Part shown: positions 1 to 8,332 of the stretch, one piece after another
Layout: the number at the start of each line of letters is the position of its first letter
How positions within the stretch are numbered: position 1 is the first letter of the stretch
Source of the DNA: a virus
Taxonomy: Duplodnaviria; Caudoviricetes
Length of the DNA: 50,048 nt
Direction: 5' to 3' (one strand)
IMG/VR virus record: IMGVR_UViG_3300030330_000961
Span: 1-50,048 of that record
The notes under the pieces: model-generated
What the model saw: only the letters and a program-made list of their open reading frames with translations
What the model was told of the DNA's origin: nothing
Database searches by the model: none
Made by a program: the position numbers and the translations under genes

Positions 1-36
1 ATGAAGAAAGATTAATAGACTTGGAGTCAAAAGCAA

Positions 37-258
37 ATGGAAACCATTAAAGTTGTATTTGCAATACTGATGATACAAAACGGTTCTACCGTAGAGATGG
101 TGCCAACTGACGGCCTTAGCGACTGTCTCAAGCAGAAGCGTATTATCTCTAGAAATATAGGTGAGGGGCAGGATGGAATATACATGCAGTGTAAAGAGGT
201 CACAGCAGAAGTATATGAAGACATGGGTCGATTAAAAATTAAAAAGATTATAGAATGA
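37..258 (+). CDS. hypothetical protein
   Basis: ORF with upstream GGAG; its stop overlaps the next start (ATGA). Confidence 0.6.
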   Translation: METIKVVFAILMIQNGSTVEMVPTDGLSDCLKQKRIISRNIGEGQDGIYMQCKEVTAEVYEDMGRLKIKKIIE

Positions 259-473
259 TAACAAGGGCACAAACTAAAATGACTACAAAAAGAAAACCAA
301 AGAGTAAATCTAAAGTTAACGAAGCTGGCAATTATACTAAACCAGGTATGAGAAAAAGTTTGTTTAATAGAATAAAAGCTGGAGGCAAAGGAGGCAAGCC
401 TGGCCAGTGGTCAGCTCGAAAAGCGCAAATGTTAGCTAAACAATACAAAGCTAAAGGTGGCGGATATAAATAA
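255..473 (+). CDS. small basic protein, DUF5872-like N-terminal half
   Basis: YTKP..R....IKAGGKGGKPGQWSARKAQMLAKQYKAKGGGY motif. Confidence 0.7.
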   Translation: MITRAQTKMTTKRKPKSKSKVNEAGNYTKPGMRKSLFNRIKAGGKGGKPGQWSARKAQMLAKQYKAKGGGYK

Positions 474-601
474 TGGTAGGCAGAAGAGTAAAGCCAGTCA
501 GAATAAATAATGAATGGATAACTTCTACTTACAAAAATTTTCCTATAGAAAGGTTATTAAGGAATGAAATCAAAAATAAAAAAAATAAAAAAAGTAATTA
601 A
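473..601 (+). CDS. 42-aa basic hypothetical protein (not in ORF track)
   Basis: TAATG coupling to the upstream stop; MVGRRVKPVRINNEWITSTYKNFPIERLLRNEIKNKKNKKSN. Confidence 0.4.
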   Translation: MVGRRVKPVRINNEWITSTYKNFPIERLLRNEIKNKKNKKSN

Positions 602-701
602 AGGTTTGAAGAAAGCTTCTAAAACGCATGCAGGTCAAGCTAAATCGTTACAAAGTGCAATAGGTAAAAATGGCAAAAGATCCAAAAGTCGGAACAGGTA
701 A
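564..701 (+). CDS. 45-aa Lys-rich protein (not in ORF track)
   Basis: MKSKIKKIKKVIKGLKKASKTHAGQAKSLQSAIGKNGKRSKSRNR; fills the gap in a tightly packed operon. Confidence 0.55.
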   Translation: MKSKIKKIKKVIKGLKKASKTHAGQAKSLQSAIGKNGKRSKSRNR

Positions 702-972
702 AAAGCCTAAAGGATCAGGTCGTAGATTGTATACGGATGAAAATCCAAAAGATACTGTAAGTATAAAGTATGCAACACCTGCAGACGCAAGAGCAACAGC
801 TGCTAAAGTTAAAAAAATTAATAAACCATATGCTCGTAAGATACAAATACTTACAGTTATGGAACAAAGAAGTAAAGTAGCAGGTAAGTCACAGCAAGCT
901 GCAATAGCTAAAAAAGCTAAAGAAAGTTTAAGGAAAAAACATGGCAATAAAAAAAAGTCAACAAAGTCTTAA
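670..972 (+). CDS. small basic phage protein
   Basis: Lys-rich; RRLYTDENPKDTV...KPYARKIQILTVMEQR resembles marine-phage hypothetical proteins. Confidence 0.7.
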   Translation: MAKDPKVGTGKKPKGSGRRLYTDENPKDTVSIKYATPADARATAAKVKKINKPYARKIQILTVMEQRSKVAGKSQQAAIAKKAKESLRKKHGNKKKSTKS

Positions 973-1180
973 GAACTGGACTAAACAAAAGTGGAGAACT
1001 AAGTCTGGAAAGAAATCTTCTAAGACTGGAGAAAGATATTTACCTGAAGCAGCTATTAAAGCTTTATCTCCTGCAGAGTATGCAGCTACAACTAGGGCTA
1101 AAAGAAAAGGCACAAAGAAAGGTAAACAGTTTGTAAAACAGCCTAAGAATATTGCAAAGAAAACCAGGAGATATAGATGA
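941..1180 (+). CDS. small basic protein, DUF5872-like C-terminal half
   Basis: QSLKNWTKQKWRT...GERYLPEAAIKALSPAEYAATTRAKRKG..KGKQFV. Confidence 0.7.
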   Translation: MAIKKSQQSLKNWTKQKWRTKSGKKSSKTGERYLPEAAIKALSPAEYAATTRAKRKGTKKGKQFVKQPKNIAKKTRRYR

Positions 1181-1482
1181 GTAAAAAAGATTCAAGATTA
1201 GCAAGAGCGGGAGTATCTGGGTTTAATAAACCTAAAAGAACTCCTAATCATCCTAAAAAGTCACATATAGTGGTGGCTAAAGAAGGAGATAAAATTAAAA
1301 CTATTCGGTTTGGGCAGCAAGGTAAAAAAGTTGGTACCTTATCAGGAACTGCAGGTAAACCAAAAGCAGGAGAATCAGCTAGAATGAAAGCAAAACGTAA
1401 ATCATTTAAAGCAAGGCATGGTAAAAACATACGGAAAGGTAAGATGTCTGCAGCTTATTGGGCTGATAAAGTTAAGTGGTAA
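1177..1482 (+). CDS. small basic phage protein
   Basis: KSHIVVAKEGDKIKTIRFGQQG...RKSFKARH...SAAYWADKVKW; ATGA overlap. Confidence 0.7.
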   Translation: MSKKDSRLARAGVSGFNKPKRTPNHPKKSHIVVAKEGDKIKTIRFGQQGKKVGTLSGTAGKPKAGESARMKAKRKSFKARHGKNIRKGKMSAAYWADKVKW

Positions 1483-1555
1483 TTATTAATTTATCTAAAC
1501 AAAAAAAATTTTAAATCGATTCCTTCTGGGAGTCTAACATGCAAAGGAACATACT

Positions 1556-2191
1556 ATGGCTTATCTTAATCATAACATTCCCCCTTTTTCAGCGTACATA
1601 AGAAACGAATATCTTTTTGATCATACAAAGGGGCACGGAGAATTTACATTCTGTGATGTTCATTGTGTGGCCTCACTAGAAAGAAGATCTTTATTATTTG
1701 AATGCTTACTACCAAATGGTGTTAACTGGACTCGAAGACCTATACATTCTTTTGTTTGGAAAAAGGAAGCACCTAAACATGATTTAAATATTCATCAGTA
1801 TTGGGATTGTTTTTCTCCATATGTTAATGTGCAAAGAAGAAATAGATTAGCTAACTGTAGAGCAGAGTTAGTAGATTTTAAAGGTGAAAAAAGAAAAGGC
1901 ACATACATGTTTACTATTGACTGGGCTTGGGAAGATAAGTCATCTTTTTTAGATACAAACTTTTCAGAAGATCCAGAACATAAATGTGCTCACATGTTTA
2001 GAATGGATGAAGGTACTTTTTTTGCTTATCCTAATAATAGAATTATTTGGTATGATGATGCTTATATGGAAAAAAGATTAGATAAAAATCCAGGTTACCT
2101 GATAGATCAAACATTTTATACAGTCGAAAATACAAGAGAAGATTCATGGACAGATGATTCGTACATGACTCAATTTGAACGTGAGAAGTGA
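1556..2191 (+). CDS. conserved-looking phage hypothetical protein
   Basis: 211-aa ORF with AAGGA RBS; aromatic, His- and Cys-rich; GTGA overlap with the next gene. Confidence 0.75.
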   Translation: MAYLNHNIPPFSAYIRNEYLFDHTKGHGEFTFCDVHCVASLERRSLLFECLLPNGVNWTRRPIHSFVWKKEAPKHDLNIHQYWDCFSPYVNVQRRNRLANCRAELVDFKGEKRKGTYMFTIDWAWEDKSSFLDTNFSEDPEHKCAHMFRMDEGTFFAYPNNRIIWYDDAYMEKRLDKNPGYLIDQTFYTVENTREDSWTDDSYMTQFEREK

Positions 2192-2958
2192 AGATCTTTT
2201 TTGATCACATAACAGGCAAGTTAACACATTACGATTTAATATACTCTTTAATACTTGCACAATTTGAACCAGAAGAATATGACTATGCTTTAGATAATGG
2301 TTGGATTCCTTTGTCTTGGTACTATACAAAGCTTGATGGTCAAACATGGATTAATGCCAGAAGTTGTAGATTAGATCTAACTAAATTTAATTTTAATAAA
2401 AACAAAAGATATAAATTAAAAAATAAAGAAATAACAGTTAAAATATTTGATGACTTAACTGATGAGTTGGTAGAAGTACTGGCATCTATTTATAGAAAAT
2501 ACATAAGACATAAAAAGTTTTATGAAAAAAATAATGAAGAAGAAAGTGAGGAGTTTTACAGAGATGACCCTATTGATTGGAGATATTTCGTTTACTATCA
2601 TAATGACAATCCTATTGCTTTTACAGAGCTTATAACATATAACAAACACTTAATTACAGGGCAGTTTGCATGGGATTATGAAAATCCTAAATTAGGTATG
2701 GGATCTTACGCTACACTGTATGAAATTAAATGGGCAATAGATAATGGATTTGATAAATACTACCTATCATATGCCTATGAAAATAGTAGTTTATATAAAT
2801 TACATTATGATGGATTTGAATTTTGGACAGGAAGAAAATGGTGTACAGATAAAACCATTTATGAGAAATTATGCAAAAATGATGATAGTGTTAAAGACTT
2901 AGTTGATTTAAATGAATCTCAAGAAAAGTATTTTGAAATACTTGACAAAGAATTATAA
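2188..2958 (+). CDS. Bpt/ATE-like aminoacyl-tRNA-protein transferase (GNAT fold)
   Basis: Y..ALDNGW, R.DLTKF.FNKNKR and WDYENPKLGMGSYATLYEIKWAIDNGFDKYYLSYAYE....YK....GFE follow the ATE_N/ATE_C pattern. Confidence 0.65.
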   Translation: MKIFFDHITGKLTHYDLIYSLILAQFEPEEYDYALDNGWIPLSWYYTKLDGQTWINARSCRLDLTKFNFNKNKRYKLKNKEITVKIFDDLTDELVEVLASIYRKYIRHKKFYEKNNEEESEEFYRDDPIDWRYFVYYHNDNPIAFTELITYNKHLITGQFAWDYENPKLGMGSYATLYEIKWAIDNGFDKYYLSYAYENSSLYKLHYDGFEFWTGRKWCTDKTIYEKLCKNDDSVKDLVDLNESQEKYFEILDKEL

Positions 2959-2970
2959 TAAGTATATAAT
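2942..2970 (+). promoter_or_regulatory. sigma70-type promoter for hsp20
   Basis: TTGACA-17 nt-TATAAT, perfect consensus. Confidence 0.8.
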
Positions 2971-3002
2971 TAACTTAAGATCGCCGAAAGGGGTCGAAAT
3001 TT

Positions 3003-3025
3003 AATTTTGCTTAACGGAGGAAATT
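3003..3025 (+). promoter_or_regulatory. ROSE-like RNA thermometer hairpin
   Basis: AATTTTGCT pairs with AGGAAATT (the SD), with a bulged G in TTGCT, directly before the hsp20 ATG. Confidence 0.55.
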
Positions 3026-3436
3026 ATGATTAGATCATTAATAGATTGGGAACCATATAAACCATTTACTATAGGTTTCGATTCATTCTTGGACAGACTC
3101 ACATCCATTGAAATGGACTCACCGAGTTATCCACCATATAACATTTACAGAACTGGAGACTTTACATATTCTATTGAAGTTGCATTAGCAGGCTTTGATA
3201 AAAAGAATATTGATGTAACCTACGCTGATAATACTTTAACTATCAAATCTAAAAAACAAGAAGAAAATAAAGATACCTTACATAAAGGTATTTCACAAAG
3301 AGCTTTTACTAGAAGCTTTTGTCTAGCTGAAGATATAGTTGTTAAAGATGCTAGGTTTACTAACGGTATGCTTTGCATAGAATTAGAAAAGATTGTACCA
3401 GAGGAGAAGAAACCTAAGACAATTAAAATTAAATAA
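3026..3436 (+). CDS. hsp20: small heat-shock protein (Hsp20, IbpA-like)
   Basis: YPPYNI, IEVALAGF, LHKGISQRAFTRSF, NGMLCIELEKIVPEEKKPKTIKIK. Confidence 0.95.
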   Translation: MIRSLIDWEPYKPFTIGFDSFLDRLTSIEMDSPSYPPYNIYRTGDFTYSIEVALAGFDKKNIDVTYADNTLTIKSKKQEENKDTLHKGISQRAFTRSFCLAEDIVVKDARFTNGMLCIELEKIVPEEKKPKTIKIK

Positions 3437-3463
3437 TTAACGTGCCCCCTGACAGGAGATTAA

Positions 3464-3679
3464 ATGAGTGTACACACGTTTAAAAATAGAATAGATAAAG
3501 TGTTAACTGATGCTATTCAAACAAATCAAGAACAAGTTTCTAATGGTGCTGCTGAAGATTATGCTACCTATAAATACTTAGTAGGGGTTGCTCAAACCCT
3601 AGCAGATATGAAAAGCAGGATTCATGATGAATATCTTAAACAAATCAAAGCAACAGGAGAAGATAATGAAGATAATTGA
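3464..3679 (+). CDS. conserved phage hypothetical protein preceding GroES
   Basis: AGGAG RBS; G.A.DY..YKYLVG motif. Confidence 0.7.
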   Translation: MSVHTFKNRIDKVLTDAIQTNQEQVSNGAAEDYATYKYLVGVAQTLADMKSRIHDEYLKQIKATGEDNEDN

Positions 3680-3998
3680 TGAAACTCTACCAGAACCATC
3701 TGGCTTTAGGATACTTTTAAAACCTAGAGAAATTCAAGAAAAAACAGCAGGGGGCATTATATTGGCTGACATTAGTAAAGATCATCAAGCTTTACAAACT
3801 AATGTGTCAAAGGTGTTGGCTATGGGGGCCGATTGCTACAGTGATAAAGGTAGTCAGTGGTGTAAAATTGGTGACTGGGTACTAACAGGAAAGTACATAG
3901 GACATAAATTTAGATATAATAATGAAGAGTACTGTATAATAAACGATGATGAAGTTATCGCAGTAGTTCCTGATCAAGATAAAGTTTCTGCTAAATAG
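3666..3998 (+). CDS. groES: GroES-like co-chaperonin
   Basis: LPEPSGFRILLKP..EKTAGGIIL...GDWV...IINDDEVIAVV; start reset to ATG 3666 after AGGAG. Confidence 0.9.
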   Translation: MKIIDETLPEPSGFRILLKPREIQEKTAGGIILADISKDHQALQTNVSKVLAMGADCYSDKGSQWCKIGDWVLTGKYIGHKFRYNNEEYCIINDDEVIAVVPDQDKVSAK

Positions 3999-4000
3999 AC

Positions 4001-4029
4001 TTGCAAGTCGCAAGTAATTAGCGTATAAT
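4001..4029 (+). promoter_or_regulatory. sigma70-type promoter for the head operon
   Basis: TTGCAA-17 nt-TATAAT. Confidence 0.7.
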
Positions 4030-4079
4030 ATTAATAATTAACAGCGTTTAACGTGGGTCGCACCCAAAGGAGGTCTGAT

Positions 4080-5099
4080 ATGATAGACAATGAGCAAACA
4101 GAACAAATTGAAGAACTAGAAGATGTAGTTATAGATTTGGCTGAAGATGAAGGCGAACAGCCTGAAGAGACTAGTGATACTGAGTCTCCAACCACTGAAG
4201 AAGCACAAGAGGAAACAGATACAAAAGAAGAGACAAACGATCAGGAAGTAATTTCTGATGACACGTCCGAAGAAATAAAAGAAGAATCTGAAGAACCTGA
4301 AGCAACTGAAGATGACTCAAAAAAAGTATTCGGCAAGAGGGCTGAAAAAAGGATAAAGCGTCTTGTCGCACAGAAAAAGGAACTAGAAGAAAAACTCAAA
4401 GCCGCAGAGGATGAGAAATATTCTTTACAAGCGAAGACAGATCAATTCGCTAGAGCATCTGCTCAAAACGAATTGGATTCAATTAATAACTATATTGAAG
4501 GCCTATCTAGCCGAGAAGAACAAGCCTTAACTGCTTTGAAGATTGCTAAAGAAAGTGGCAATGTTGAAGAGGAAATCAAAGCAACTGATACTTTAGCTAC
4601 TGTTAAAGCCGAGTCTCTCGTTGCTAAACAGTATAAGGCACGAGCAGAATCTCGTGTACCAAAAAAACCTTCTGGCAATGAATCCAAAGAAGAAGCAGTT
4701 GCTGAACAACCACAAGCTCAAAGAGTGCCTGATAGAAGAGCGCTTGATTGGCAAAAAAGAAATAAGTGGTTTGGGGGCAATGAAACTTCAGACAGAATCA
4801 TGTCACAGGCTGCAGTTCTAATTCATAAGGAAATAATAGAAGATGGTATTATGCCTGATTCAGATCCAGATGAATATTATGCAGAACTTGACGCTAGACT
4901 TAGATCGGAATTTCCAGATAAGTTTAAAGTGAAGGGAGCTAAAAAAGTTCCAACAGTTGTAGGCGGAACACGTGCAACCGTCGGCACATCCAAAGTTAAA
5001 TTGAGTAAAACAGAAGTTGAAATGGCTCAAAGACTAGGGGTGGATCTAAAAGAATACGCACGCCAAAAACAACGCCAGAAATCGGCGGGAGGACAATAA
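4080..5099 (+). CDS. capsid scaffolding protein
   Basis: Acidic N-terminus, coiled coil, W..RN.WFG, C-terminal KLS..E...A..LGV...EYA; upstream of capsid genes; start reset after AGGAGG. Confidence 0.7.
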   Translation: MIDNEQTEQIEELEDVVIDLAEDEGEQPEETSDTESPTTEEAQEETDTKEETNDQEVISDDTSEEIKEESEEPEATEDDSKKVFGKRAEKRIKRLVAQKKELEEKLKAAEDEKYSLQAKTDQFARASAQNELDSINNYIEGLSSREEQALTALKIAKESGNVEEEIKATDTLATVKAESLVAKQYKARAESRVPKKPSGNESKEEAVAEQPQAQRVPDRRALDWQKRNKWFGGNETSDRIMSQAAVLIHKEIIEDGIMPDSDPDEYYAELDARLRSEFPDKFKVKGAKKVPTVVGGTRATVGTSKVKLSKTEVEMAQRLGVDLKEYARQKQRQKSAGGQ

Positions 5100-5564
5100 A
5101 TGACAAAAGCAACTCAAAGTAGTCGTACGACACGGGCTTCGACAACTCGTAAAAAAACTTGGGCACCTCCAGGTAAACTTGATGTAGGTCAAGATACTCC
5201 TGAAGGAATGCACTATCGTTGGGTTAGACACGAATTATTAAATAATCCTGATGACGCAAATGTGAATAGCAGAATTCGTCAAGGTTATGAGCCAGTCAAA
5301 CCAGAAGAATTAGGAGTAACAGCTCCTGATGTTTTGGACAAAGGTAAATATGAAGGCACTGTGAGATCAGGGGATCTTATCTTAATGAAAGTCCCACAAG
5401 AAATTGTAGATCAACGTGATGCTTACTATCAAGACCAGAGTAAAAGAATGGCCGCAGCTTATAACCAAGATCTAAAGAATGCTTCTACAGATCAAATGCC
5501 TGTCTCTGATGAGTCTAAAACAACGTACAGTTCGGGTCCAAGAACAACTAAGTTTGAAGATTAG
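5100..5564 (+). CDS. conserved head-region protein
   Basis: W.PP..L...G..YRWVR...GYEPV...GDLILMK.P pattern; located between scaffold and capsid. Confidence 0.7.
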   Translation: MTKATQSSRTTRASTTRKKTWAPPGKLDVGQDTPEGMHYRWVRHELLNNPDDANVNSRIRQGYEPVKPEELGVTAPDVLDKGKYEGTVRSGDLILMKVPQEIVDQRDAYYQDQSKRMAAAYNQDLKNASTDQMPVSDESKTTYSSGPRTTKFED

Positions 5565-5625
5565 AATTTATCCAATCCTAGTCTTCATTAATTTTTAACA
5601 ATTTTTTTCAAAGGAGAAAATTATT

Positions 5626-6228
5626 ATGGCTGGATTTGGGCTATCACCCGTAAAACACATCAAAGGTGGTGTTGTCCGTTCTAATAACTTCACCGACGGA
5701 AATGGTTACAAGATTGCAGCAACTGCACCAACTGCCTATTTTGAAGGCGACTTGGTTACGTTGTCTGCTGGTTTACTTGTAACAGACATGGGCGCAGCAT
5801 CACCAGGTGCTGTTGTTGGTGTTTTCTGGGGTGCAGAATATCAGGACAACTCTACAGGCGACGTAAAATTTGTGAGATCAATCGCAAATGGAACTGTTGC
5901 TAAAGCAAAATACAAAGCGTATGTCTATGACGATCCAGATGTTATGTTTAAAATTCAAGCAGACCAAGCAGCAACTCCAATTACGGAAGCTGAAGTAGGA
6001 CACAACTGTCAAATCGTTGCTAGTCCAACTGGTTCTGCAATTACACATAAGTCTGGTTTAGTAGCAGATTCAAGTACTGCAGCAACTGGCAATGCAGGTT
6101 TTCCATTAGCTATCTTAGGTAGTGCGGAAACTGACATGGGTTACACTGCAGCTGGAACTACTATGGACGTACTAGTTAAAATCAACACTCATCAATTCGG
6201 CATAGCTGCTGGAAATGCTGGGATTTAA
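5626..6228 (+). CDS. head decoration / minor capsid protein
   Basis: FGL.P..., VGVF.G.EY, YVYDDPD..F.IQ; Ala/Gly/Thr-rich; directly before the MCP. Confidence 0.65.
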   Translation: MAGFGLSPVKHIKGGVVRSNNFTDGNGYKIAATAPTAYFEGDLVTLSAGLLVTDMGAASPGAVVGVFWGAEYQDNSTGDVKFVRSIANGTVAKAKYKAYVYDDPDVMFKIQADQAATPITEAEVGHNCQIVASPTGSAITHKSGLVADSSTAATGNAGFPLAILGSAETDMGYTAAGTTMDVLVKINTHQFGIAAGNAGI

Positions 6229-6245
6229 TTTAGGAGGAATAACAA

Positions 6246-7151
6246 ATGGCAATTACTAGAGGTCAACTCCTCAAAGAATTAGTACCTGGCTTAAATGCCA
6301 TTTTCGGAACCGAGTACGCTCGATACGAAGATGAAGCGTCAGTACTATACGATCAGGAGTCATCAAACAGAGCTTTCGAAGAGGAAGTACTTTTCCCAGG
6401 ATTTGGAGAAGCGCAAACTAAATTCGAAGGCGCAGGCGTAGCATACGCTCAAACAGGGGAAGGCTGGGTAGCTCGTTACACTAACGAAACAGTTGCTCTT
6501 GCTTTTTCAATCACTGAGGAAGCTATGGAAGATAACTTGTATGACAAATTATCTACACGTCTAACAAAAGCTTTAGCACGATCTATGTCGGCTGCTAAAC
6601 AAACTAAAGGTGCAACAATCTATAACGATGCATTTACTGTTTCTAATGGTGGAGATGGACAACCATTGGTGTCTAACGCTCACCCACTACAAAACGGTGG
6701 TACTGCATCTAATAGACCAACTACATACAGTGACCTTTCTGAAACATCTTTGGAAAGTGCACTTATTGATATCGCTGGATTTACAGACGATAGAGGTCTA
6801 CCAATTGCACTACAAGCAAAAACCTTACACATACCAAGACAATTGGTATTTGTAGCAGAGCGTCTGATGGCATCTCCATACAGACCTGGCACTGCAGATA
6901 ATGACGTTAATGCTCTTAAATCTACTGGAATGATTCCAGGCGGTTACTTCGTTAACCATAGATTTAATGATCCTGACGCATTCTTCTTGAGAACTGACTG
7001 CCCTAACGGCATGAAAATGTTCCAAAGAACTCCAGTGGCTACAAGCATGGAAGGTGACTTTGAAACTGGTAATGTAAGATACAAAGCTAGAGAAAGATAC
7101 GTTTACGGTTTTTCTGACTGGCGTGGTATTTTCGGTAACAAAGGAGCTTAA
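6246..7151 (+). CDS. major capsid protein
   Basis: MAITRGQLLKELVPGLNAIFG..., ALAFSITEEAMEDNLY, DFETGNVRYKARERY..GFSDWRG; strong RBS. Confidence 0.9.
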   Translation: MAITRGQLLKELVPGLNAIFGTEYARYEDEASVLYDQESSNRAFEEEVLFPGFGEAQTKFEGAGVAYAQTGEGWVARYTNETVALAFSITEEAMEDNLYDKLSTRLTKALARSMSAAKQTKGATIYNDAFTVSNGGDGQPLVSNAHPLQNGGTASNRPTTYSDLSETSLESALIDIAGFTDDRGLPIALQAKTLHIPRQLVFVAERLMASPYRPGTADNDVNALKSTGMIPGGYFVNHRFNDPDAFFLRTDCPNGMKMFQRTPVATSMEGDFETGNVRYKARERYVYGFSDWRGIFGNKGA

Positions 7152-7160
7152 TAAGCTTAA

Positions 7161-7190
7161 TGCAAGGGGGGCTTTAGAGTCCCCTTTGTA
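7161..7190 (+). terminator. hairpin after the MCP (putative terminator or processing site)
   Basis: TGCAAGGGGG...CCCCTTTGTA inverted repeat; weak U tract. Confidence 0.5.
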
Positions 7191-7283
7191 TCTTGGATTT
7201 AACAAATCTTACTGACTGACCAAGCAGACTATATAGAGACAGTAAGAAAATAATAGGGACTATATTTCCCAGAAGGATTAAAA

Positions 7284-7748
7284 ATGGCAACAACAACTTT
7301 TACAGGCCCAATTAAAGCAGGATCAGTTATAAATACAACAGGTACTGCTGCTAATGGCAAAATGAAAAACGTAGGTTCTGTGTTAATGTCACAGGTTACT
7401 ACAAAAATTTCTCATGATGATACATCTACTGCGTCAACAGGCGTGGTTATACCTGCAAACTCTTTTATTTTTGGAATGGAAGTTTATGTAAACGAACTAT
7501 TTGCAAATTCAAATGGATCAACTACAACTTTAGATATTGGCACTTCAGCTGATCCAGATTTCTTTGTAGATGGTTTTGCTTTAAGTGCAACTGCAACTAG
7601 TGGTATAACAAACCCTCCAGCTGTTGCAAGATGGAGTAACGTTGGAACTAGTGATGTAGAAATTTTTGCAAACATGGCAACTGGTAACGCAACTGCTGGT
7701 GAGCTATTTGTTGTAATAAGTTACATACAAAACGCTAACGTATCATAA
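7284..7748 (+). CDS. virion structural protein
   Basis: MATTTFTGPI start; Thr/Ala/Gly-rich beta-type sequence after the MCP. Confidence 0.65.
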   Translation: MATTTFTGPIKAGSVINTTGTAANGKMKNVGSVLMSQVTTKISHDDTSTASTGVVIPANSFIFGMEVYVNELFANSNGSTTTLDIGTSADPDFFVDGFALSATATSGITNPPAVARWSNVGTSDVEIFANMATGNATAGELFVVISYIQNANVS

Positions 7749-7759
7749 TAAAATAATTT

Positions 7760-7784
7760 GGGGAGGCTTCGGCCTCCTCTTCCT
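7760..7784 (+). terminator. UUCG tetraloop hairpin (putative terminator)
   Basis: GGAGGC-TTCG-GCCTCC followed by a pyrimidine run. Confidence 0.6.
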
Positions 7785-7797
7785 AGGAGGATAATAT

Positions 7798-8118
7798 ATG
7801 GGAATTTCATTCCAAGGTGATGCTAATTCGACTAACATAGCAACAGGCGCAACAGGCACTAGTGCTACTAGTGATGGTCAAAATACAACAGCACACAGAC
7901 AAAGACTTTTAGCTCTTTTATTAACAGCAGGAAGTAATACAGCTACGGCAACTATATATGATGGACAGTCTAATGGCGGAACTAAAATATTAAAAATATC
8001 TGCAGTTGCAAACACTAGCACACATATCAATATCCCTGATCAAGGTAAAGTTATTGATACAAATATTTTTGTAGAAGTTACGGGCACGTCTTCAGAAGCT
8101 ACAGTATTCTGGAATTAA
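7798..8118 (+). CDS. virion structural protein
   Basis: AGGAGG RBS; composition and position. Confidence 0.6.
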   Translation: MGISFQGDANSTNIATGATGTSATSDGQNTTAHRQRLLALLLTAGSNTATATIYDGQSNGGTKILKISAVANTSTHINIPDQGKVIDTNIFVEVTGTSSEATVFWN

Positions 8119-8119
8119 T

Positions 8120-8323
8120 ATGGCTACTTCACAATCTAATAAAGAAGCCATAATAGAAATAAAAGGCGAACTAAAATTATTGCATCAAAAAATAGATCTT
8201 ATGAAAGACAATCATCTTGATCATATGGCTAAAGATATTGACAGATTAACTAAATTTGTTTGGGTAGTTGGTGGTACAGTATTTGCACAAATGTGTTATT
8301 TAATAGTTCGCTCTTTAATGTAA
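8120..8323 (+). CDS. small coiled-coil protein with a C-terminal transmembrane helix
   Basis: Heptad-like N-terminus with NHL.H, then FVWVVGGTVFAQMCYLIV. Confidence 0.6.
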   Translation: MATSQSNKEAIIEIKGELKLLHQKIDLMKDNHLDHMAKDIDRLTKFVWVVGGTVFAQMCYLIVRSLM

Positions 8324-8332
8324 GGAGGACAT

